Source: Octopus vulgaris
Lineage: Eukaryota
Assembly: GCA_951406725.2 (NCBI GenBank)
Contig: OX597814.1
Coordinates: forward strand, 59,582,001-59,646,000
Direction of reading: 5' to 3'
Length of the DNA stretch: 64,000 bases
Shown: positions 54,226 to 64,000 of the stretch, in pieces
Position numbering within the stretch: the stretch's first letter is position 1
Layout: every line of letters starts with the position of its first letter
Translations under genes and position numbers: made by a program
The notes under the pieces: model-generated
Told to the model about the DNA's origin: nothing
Database searches by the model: none
What the model saw: only the letters and a program-made list of their open reading frames with translations

Positions 54226-54658
54226 AAACTCAAGAAATTTAAGAAAAAACATAACATTACAAACTCGATAGCCAACCGTAGAATTCGTTGTAGCATGTAC
54301 GAATGTTTATCCTTACATATCTATGAAAATGGCGGGCTTTTTCGCAATGCATTTCGGTTTACAAATTGCCTAGTCGGAATAAAAATTCAGTATTGAACTA
54401 TTCCGGTGAAAAATATAAATTAACAATTGAGGATAAAATCTTTAAAAGAAATTATCAGTAGTCAGCGTGAAAAACCTCGTAAGAGAAAAAATCCGCAAAT
54501 TCTTCCTCTTTGAAAATATTCATTTATATTATATTGAGGGTACTACTATTCGTAGATACCACACGCTAAGAGGGACCAATGCGGTCAAAAATACTAAAAA
54601 TAAACAAAATTTTACCGAATGCAAAACTTCAAAACACATCATTTTAAAAAAGAATTCA

Positions 54659-54722
54659 GTTACATATCACATGTGATTTCGCATTTAATGCAGAATATGC
54701 ATTTCATGTTCGTCAGTGCAAC
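54659..54722 (-). ncRNA. Type I hammerhead ribozyme (unit 2)
   Basis: Minus strand: GTTGCA CTGACGA ACATGAAATGCA tattc TGCATTAAATGC GAAA TCACATGTGA TA TGTAAC; 6-bp helix I with one G-U pair. Confidence 0.88.
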
Positions 54723-55104
54723 AAACTCAAGAAATATAAGAAAAAATATAACATTACAAACTCGATAGCCAACCGTAGAATTCGTCGTAGTATGTACGAA
54801 TGTTTATCCTTACATATCTATGAAAATGGCGGACTTTTTCGCAATGCATTTCGGTAACAAATTGCCTAGTCGGAATAAAAAATAAAAATCGGAATAAAAA
54901 TTAAAATAAAAATTAAAATAAAAATAAAAAATTAAAATAAAAATAAATTTTTAGTAGTTTTGACCGCATTGGTCCCTCTTAGCGTGTGGTATCTACGAAA
55001 GTAGTAAAATAATAATATATATATATAGTAGTTTGATTCGGGGTTAACCACAGTAAATAAGGTACTCAATACATAGCAGAGTAAAATTAATTTATTATAT
55101 AGAA

Positions 55105-55152
55105 GGAGTTCTAGCTAGAACTGTTTCATTCAAGAGAAATCTTCAGGAAGCT
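55105..55152 (-). ncRNA. Degenerate hammerhead motif in a short TA-flanked PLE-type end
   Basis: Minus strand: AGCTTC CTGAAGA TTTC tctt GAAT GAAA CAGTTCTAGC TA GAACT; helix III disrupted. Confidence 0.5.
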
Positions 55153-55189
55153 TCTTAGCGTGTGGTATCTACGAATAGTCCTGTACCCT

Positions 55190-55244
<55 letters not shown>

Positions 55245-55968
55245 AGTGTGTATGTATGTATATAAATGTATATGTATATATGTGTTTATATATATATGTA
55301 CGCACACACAACTACACGCACATAAGACACGCACGCACATACATACACATACACACACAAATGAACACACATACATCCCATACACACGGCACACAATTAT
55401 ACATACATATATACACACATACGCACGTAAAAGCACACACGTACACATACACTAAGTACAGCACAGTTATTCGCCACACCCAAACACTACGCATACACAC
55501 ACGAACACACACATACACACACACATACTACAAACAAAACACACACACAATACATATACATACACACACACACACATACTTCAAAGTACTGTTCTGTGGC
55601 AGGGACAAAAACACCACTCCTTATTGTTACAAACTAGTCAGCCTTACTACTAGCCTGTTGTTTAAAGCTACAACCACACACACATACACACACACACATA
55701 CACACACACACGCGCACACACACACACGTCCATCATTGCACACATACGCACACACATGCACACGCAGCCCTCCGCGCACGCACACATCCACACTTACACA
55801 CACATTCCCCCTCCTAACATTCTGCTGTCTTTGACTATACTATTCTTCTGTCTTTGAAAACATCTTTCTTCACCCTTTCCCTTCCGGTCTTTCAAAATGT
55901 GACCTTGTGTGTACCGTTGGCGATTTTTTTCCTCTGTCTTCCCTTCTCTGGATCTTTCCTTCTCCTAT

Positions 55969-56003
55969 GTCTTCGATGAAGAGCTCCGCTCGAAACGTTA
56001 GAC
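55969..56003 (+). ncRNA. Ultra-minimal hammerhead-like motif
   Basis: GTCT TCGATGA A GAGC tcc GCTC GAAA CG TT AGAC: helix I GTCT/AGAC, non-canonical positions 3-4. Confidence 0.6.
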
Positions 56004-56097
56004 CCTCCTTCTTTCCTTCTTTCCTAAGCGTCCAATAATACTATATTTGTTCCACGTCCTCGCGTTGTTGTTTTTTTTTGTGTTTTCTTGTTTGGAT

Positions 56098-57238
<1,141 letters not shown>

Positions 57239-57240
<2 letters not shown>

Positions 57241-58530
57241 ACGTCTGTAATTCCTGCTGTAGGTGTGCAACTTCGCTGGGGTTCTGTATTTTCTGCGAGA
57301 CTTTTATATCATCTGCGTCGCTAGCGAGGGTGGCTATTCGGACAACTGAGGGCATATCTGAGAGGGCCACAATGAAAAGCAGTGTTCCCAAGACAGTGTT
57401 TTGTGGAAGACCACTCACTATTCTTGTTTTCTTTGAAGTGTCACTATTGGCCATTACAGCTTGACTTCTATCTTTCAGAAAGTCATGTAAACACTCTCCA
57501 AGTTTTCAAGCTATGCCAAGATCAAGGTTTGTGACATATCATACCATCATCCATTTTATCAAAAACTTTTGGAAAGTCAAGGTATATTATGTCCACATTT
57601 GAGTTGAGTAACTGCCTCAACACCCAGTCATAGTACTGTAAGATTTGGGTCAGGTAGCTCTTACCTGGTCGAAATCCATGCTGGGTATCAGTAAGCTATT
57701 TACTACAAGGAATGCGATTAGTTTTCCTCTGACTATCCGTTCTATGACTTTGCTGGTGTGTGAACTCAGAGAGATAGGCCTATAGCTTTTGGCATCTGCC
57801 CTGCTTTCTCTTTTATGGACTGGGCATATCATTCCCTCCTTCAGTTTACTTGGCAGCCTGCCACTTGCAAGAAAGTTATGGAAGAGAATCTGTAGACGTT
57901 TTGCCAGGGCACGCTTACACGATTTGAGGATTACTGGAAAACCATCAGGATCATCAGTTGAGTTTGCGACCACGTCACCTATGGCTAATAGTGTATCTTC
58001 CTTGCTAATGTCGAGGTAATCCATCGTAACTGCCTCGTTGGTTATAAGTGAAGCGGCAACGAAATCCACTGGTTCGTTCTCTTGTCTGTGTTCCAACGTA
58101 GTAGTAAAGTCACTTTTGAACTGGTCATTCAGTGCCTCATTGATCCTAGTTGGACTGTCTGTGAGGGAGCCATCCTTTTAGCAGGGGGGTGATATTTTGC
58201 AGCGCACTGAGGCTGTTGTTTGGTATGATGAAAGAAGGCCTCTGGATTTGACGTAATGTTTCTTTATAACCTAGGTTTCTTTGTCTGCTCTGTGTGTGTG
58301 TCTCTCTCACACACACACACATAGAATTGTTGCAGGCTTTTATCAATCTCCATTAGTGTTGTTTTTAGGCGGGACCTTTCACTACTTTTAGAATATTGTT
58401 TGAAGCGATTTGCAACATTCATCTGTCGTCTCATGAGGATCTTCCTCTCCTTTGGAATCTTGCTCCTTTTTGTGTTGGCCTTGTGCTCTGGCATATAGTT
58501 TGCATTTCTGGCATATAGTTTGCATAATAA
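57239..58530 (-). mobile_element. CR1/L2-like LINE RT fragment
   Basis: DPDGFP, YRPISLSSHTSKVIERIV, SGLPQNTVLGTLLF..DADD. Confidence 0.85.
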
Positions 58531-58569
58531 TGGAATTAATATTTAGTGTTTTTTACCCGTGTTATTTAA

Positions 58570-58835
58570 ATTTATATATACATACTGTCGTCACGCCAAT
58601 ATTTTTACTAAATATTGGGGGTCTGTTTCATTACAACACCAACAGTAAAAAATTTTTCCTGAGAATCCTTGTTGCATGCAAGCAAGCCATATGCATTCTA
58701 CTTCTGGAAACTTATCTGAACCCTGATATAGTCGATGCAGAAGTACACGTACCGAAATATATCATACTGCAAACAGACAGAAGGGAAAGGAGCCATGGTG
58801 AACTGGATTTATACCAAAGTATCAGACAAGAGTAA
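58570..58835 (+). mobile_element. APE endonuclease N-terminal fragment, inverted relative to the adjacent RT
   Basis: LLNIGGL...ILLLETYLNPDIVDAEVHVPKYIILQTDRRERSHG matches LINE APE motifs (NxxGL, ETWL, RxDR...GGV). Confidence 0.75.
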
Positions 58836-59599
58836 AAGGATTTAACGATGATCATGTAGAAGGTATGGAGGAGGGAAATATCATTATTGTTATGGCGGAG
58901 ATAAAACCCAGGCCGCAGCAACAGAGTTCACCCGCCACACTTCTCAGTCCAACATCACTGCCGCGACGTCCTATATTTATACTCCGTGACAGTATCTGCA
59001 ATCAAGTTGTCGGTATAAGTGTGATGACGTTTTACTTTCTTACATCACTATTAAGTGGATTCAACAAGACTAATTCGGATGCTTCCAGTTCAGCGCAAAA
59101 GAACAGGAACGCAAATAATGATATATCGAATTAAATATGAAATATAAGAATAGAAAAGTCTTGGAGAATGTATATAATAATATGTGAAATCTACTCTGAT
59201 TTGATGGTTTTAAGCATGTACAAAATGATAATACTTGCAAATTTTGGTACAATGATTAAATCATGCCAGCCTTGGTGCTCAACTAGTACTCATTTTATTC
59301 CCCGTGACATAGGCACACTTGATGACATTGGCTGAATGGGAACTCAAAAATTAAAATCGGAGATCGGAGTAAACATTGGTAAATATTTTCTACATCATTC
59401 TAATAAGTTTTCACATACATTAACAAGAATAACATAATAGATTAAATACCATTAGTACTAACAATAGTAATTAGACAATGAGCGGGTGAAAACGAATAAA
59501 CGGTACCTAAATGGAAACTATATAAAAAATTGAGGTGAAAACTAGATACATTTGACAGATTCAACAAACGACTTTATAAAGAATACCTAGTAGGACGTC

Positions 59600-59940
59600 A
59601 GTGATGAAGAAGATGAAAGGTTCCGGATTTAGTCCCACTACGTGGTAACTTGTGCAACTGTTTTCAACTATAGCCTCGGCCCGACAAAAGCCTTGTATGA
59701 GGATTTGGTTGTTGGAAATTGAACGAAGTATGTCATATATGAGTGAGTGTGTGTGCGTATGTGTGGGTGTGTGTGTGTTCGTATCTTTGTGTCTCCATTT
59801 CTCACCCAACCATATCTTGAGAACCGATGGTGGTACGTTCATGTCTCTCTAATCTAGCGGTTTGGCAAAAGTTGCCGATAGAATAATAACTAGGCTTACA
59901 AATAATAAGTCCTGGGATCCATTTCTTCGACTAAAAAAAC
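59600..59940 (+). mobile_element. SINE family B, partial
   Basis: GGTTCCGGATTTAGTCCCACT..CTATAGCCTCGGCCCGACAAAAGCCTTGT..AACCGATGGTGGT. Confidence 0.75.
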
Positions 59941-59960
59941 GGCTAGCGGTCAATCGAGGC

Positions 59961-60021
<61 letters not shown>

Positions 60022-60028
60022 CCTATAT

Positions 60029-60063
<35 letters not shown>

Positions 60064-60132
60064 CATATATACATATATATACATATATATATATATGCAT
60101 ATATATATATCTACATATATATATATATATAT

Positions 60133-60227
<95 letters not shown>

Positions 60228-60259
60228 CACACAAAAGAAGAGACAGATATATAAACTGA

Positions 60260-60450
60260 TAGTCTTAAATATCGCTTTCAAATCTGAGCACAAGCTCAGT
60301 AGGATCGGAATAATTAGTAAATCGATTAGCTCGACCCCAGTACTTGTTTCATTGACTCCGAAATGATGAAACGCAAAGTCGACCATGGCGTAATTTAAAC
60401 TCACGGTGTAAGTACGGACAAAATGCAGCTAAGCATTTCATCCGCACTAC
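60260..60450 (-). mobile_element. SINE family A
   Basis: TCGACCCCAGTAC..GCAAAGTCGACCATGGCG..AAATGCAGCTAAGCATTT, reverse complement of family A. Confidence 0.7.
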
Positions 60451-61623
60451 CTTAATAAATTTAAATATTGATTCATAAAAATGCAAAGTTACGGGCATGG
60501 TTGTATGGCTTCTAAATATTAGTAACTTTAACTCAGGTTGATCCTACTGTGCGTTACTGTGAGCTAGTTTATTCTCTTACAACCCCAGGTCGACGAATAT
60601 ATAGATATACACATCCATACATGTGTATGTCTGTCAGTGTGTTTATATATATTAGGGGTATGATGCAGTTACATAGGCACGCAGCTTTTTATGTCAAAGT
60701 TAAAAGGTACGTCACGAAAATCCCATCAAAACGTTGCCACGTGAATAAATTCTGCTCGGACAATTACGTAACATGATTGATCACATAGTAATATATAAAT
60801 GTAAATATTTGAATATAGATGAAACAGAAATCATTGAACGCATGGATACACTCGATGTCAAATATTAATAGCACTACCTATAATCTTCAACGTCTGTGTA
60901 AGACATTAATGGCTACAGAATTAATAAATGTTCATTTCAGTTTTGTAAAAATTATTCCGCAACTATATTTCGCGACTATTTTTATAGCTTATTTTATGTT
61001 TGTGTGGCAGAAGAGCTCGTTTGTGTATCATGTGGTCAAATGTTTTGACCATTCTGTAACAATAAAGAGAAAAGTTTCTTCAGAGAACCTCAACGTGACA
61101 CGTTTCTCCTGAAGTAAATTTGTAGTAGCCAACTTTGATTTAAATAATCAATTGCACCTGTTACAGTGTAGTTCATATAAACCGCTGCGTAGTTTAAACT
61201 ATTTCATGAACTGTGGCTATGCCCATACATTTACAAGTACTAAAAAACAAGCTTCGATTCAAAGCATGACAGATAAAACAATGATTTATACAGAGGATTC
61301 TCTGATATTCGGAAGTTTTCAAAATATCGTAAATCCTGTGCTCATTTCTATGGCAAAACTGTAATAATATGGTCGAAAAACAAATTTTCCGTAAACACGT
61401 ACGTACTGAAAAATATAGGCGCATTCATATTCCTGCTTGTATATATTATCAATGCAACTTGCTTGAGACCCCACCAAGCTGAACAATATTGTTGATAATG
61501 AGTCGAAATTGTTGTGACATTGGGTTGATAACGAATGAGCAGTTGTCATAACGACGTCTTTTGCGTGTATGTTTTCCTGTTTCTATGTCTCTTCGTCGTC
61601 TATTTTATACTAATACTATTTAT

Positions 61624-62500
61624 ATAGAGTGGTATCAAAGAGTTCCTGGACTAGTTATGTTTAATATAAAATATCTTATTTACCTATGTTTTCACAGCAT
61701 TTCCTTCGAAATAGTCATCTTGCGCAGCACTACACCGGTCCGAGGGTCCATGACACACATGGAATCCGGCCTGAAAGTCGTTTTGCGTAAGCGAGTGGGG
61801 GCCTTCTCCGAATCATTCTGGATCTCGACAATGGTGTTGAAATGACAATTTTTGAGCTACGTATTGGGGGATAAGAAGAAAGTCCGCAAGTGAATAAAGC
61901 AGATGCGGAAGCGATATAGTGCGATTTTGGCGAAAAACTCAGGAGTGAGGAGAGCTCGGTGGCAGAATTCATTGTTGACCTGAAGAATCCAATTCTTCGC
62001 ACTCCACAAATCCCGTCGCTTTTGCCGTATGTCCTTCTCTCAAACGCTTCAAAACGTCGAAGTAGAATTCTTGATTGACGGTCTGGCCCTGGTGGACGAA
62101 TTATCTTGTGCAATACATCATGACAGACCTCGACGCGATGTTCTTTCTGCACAGGGGACTGCAGGCGTGGGACAAACTTGGCATAGACATGCCGCATGTT
62201 CACTTTAAACAACACCAGCAATGTCATTGATTATCCTCCGACGATCCTCATGCACAAGCGGATGAATTTTTTTCACATTCCCGGGGTTGACACTTGTGTT
62301 AGGTCTTTCAAATTGCATATTGTCATCCAGGGACGTTCTTGAACTTTTAAAATGCCCGTTTCTTTCGTAATATTGCAACGGCTCATTGCCACGTCGCCAT
62401 AAACTTGCCGAAGAATACTCAATGCCACAAGTTTAAAGGATATTTTCACGATACCATATTGCAATGGGAGCAGTTTTGAAGATATAAACCCCGTTTCTTT
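61624..62500 (-). mobile_element. Mariner transposon relic
   Basis: LSILRQVYGDVAMSR (HTH region), AKFVPRLQSPVQKEHRVEVC (WVPxxL motif), TIR-like TAGAGTGGTATCAAAGAGTTCCTGGACTA at ~61625. Confidence 0.8.
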
Positions 62501-63340
62501 GTACGCTAATTCCATAGTACACAATGCAATCATCAGCTGCATGTTAACGTCATCGTTCGGTTCGTTCTTTATGGATATGAATGATTGTGGTTGTATACAA
62601 GTGATTCTCACCCATTTGGATATCAAAGTGTGGGGATGGATCCCTGAAGTTTGACTCTTGAATGTGGAACTTGAGAATATAATTTCTATATGCAAGAACC
62701 TGAGAATTTATCTTGTATGTGCATTCTAGTCAGACGCACTCAAGCATGAAATTGATCAGACATCGTCGCGCGCGCACACACTCACACATGCTCATACACC
62801 CACACGTACAGATACAATTGCACATTCATAAATACATAAACGTATGCGTGTTTATATATAATATACATATATATATATGTGTGTCTCTACCTATCTGTAT
62901 ATGTATATATATATACATATATGTATGTGTGTGTTTTCTACACACACATACATACTCGTACCTACATTTACAAGTATACATATGTATATGCGTGTCCATT
63001 TCTACCTGTGTGTTTAAGGGAAAATCGATCGTTATGCGGCTAACAACATTTCGAAATATTATATTGAAAGAAACAAGGTTTCAATCATATCAAAATGTTG
63101 CCACAATATAAAGTACGCTTGTAGCCGGACAATTAGGAAATCGATATAAAACCTGACTGATCAAGCAGTGAAATAGTAACATATACTTGACTAAAGATCT
63201 GATAGAAATAATAAAATGCATGGATAATCTTGATGTCAAGTTATAGCAATGCTTCTAAAAAATATCCGTGTGAGAGAAACATTTCTGCAACAACGTATGT
63301 CATTATAATTATTAAAACTTGCCCTCTGAAATATACAGAT

Positions 63341-63392
<52 letters not shown>

Positions 63393-63452
63393 CCATAATA
63401 GATCGCTAGCCACTACACCTTCTTTATTTTCTCTCTGTTTTTTTCTCTATTC

Positions 63453-63488
63453 CTTTCTGTGGAAGAGCGTAGGCAAGAAACGTTAAAG
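63453..63488 (+). ncRNA. Ultra-minimal hammerhead-like motif (same family as 30689), helix II damaged
   Basis: CTTT CTGTGGA A GAGC gtag GCAA GAAA CG TT AAAG in a ~190-bp TA-flanked element. Confidence 0.5.
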
Positions 63489-63577
63489 ATATTTTCACTT
63501 CTCGAGCGTTATACAAATACATCTGTTTGTTGTCTACACCACCTGTCTTCGTCTTTTGTATTTTTTAGGAATCCTCC

Positions 63578-63624
<47 letters not shown>

Positions 63625-63629
63625 CAGAC

Positions 63630-63687
<58 letters not shown>

Positions 63688-64000
63688 ATATATAGATAAA
63701 TAGATACATACATACATACATACATACATACATACATACATACATACATACATACATAAAAGAAATAGAGCAATAATTAACAATTAGAAATTGATCATTG
63801 TCATTAAGAGGTCATAGTTGAATTGTAATTAAGCAACATTTACAGCTGTTTCAGTCTGCTATTTTTGAAGACTAGTTGAGCAACGGTGTTAGTCGAAACT
63901 GTCATACCTGGTAGTAATATTTGTGTAACACTGTTTGAGATCGCTAGATAAGTCCCTATAAATGCAAATAATGCCCTTGTAAAAATTAAGGATGCTCTTA

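Larger units (their letters stand above)
53918..54881 (-). repeat. Tandem ~497-499 bp repeat, each unit with one hammerhead ribozyme (retrozyme-like or PLE pLTR dimer)
   Basis: TTAACAATTGAGGATAAAATC at 53921 and 54420; HHRs at 54162-54225 and 54659-54722; inverted pieces of the unit at ~54947-55006 and ~55155-55192. Confidence 0.92.

Noticed and set aside
63858-63906. GACTA...TAGTC GAAA CTGTC plus-strand hammerhead-like motif
   Set aside because: Core TTTTGAA does not fit the consensus and helix III cannot form.

Overview
AT-rich, microsatellite-saturated animal genomic DNA. The SINE, Dong/R4 LINE and Penelope repertoire suggests a coleoid cephalopod, probably Octopus (inference). I see no intact host gene; most ORFs in the track are microsatellite artefacts. 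Main contents: (i) a stack of 5'-truncated Dong/R4-type RLE LINEs in (TAA)n tracts (10.6-16.8 kb), plus RTE-, CR1/L2-, HERO- and Tx1-like relics and two mariner relics; (ii) many tRNA-derived SINEs; (iii) a near-identical ~10.8 kb tandem duplication (23803-34613 / 34622-45315) whose junction is an extended fold-back palindrome; (iv) several Penelope-like element (PLE) fragments and about a dozen type I hammerhead ribozyme (HHR) motifs found by eye. These include a tandem 497-nt retrozyme-like repeat, a U3-A8 compensatory core variant, ultra-minimal forms that likely need to dimerise, and an HHR carried by a tRNA-headed SINE; (v) decayed leucine-rich-repeat (TLR-like) coding remnants on the minus strand between the transposons (low to moderate confidence). 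All motif and family calls are by eye; no database search was run.
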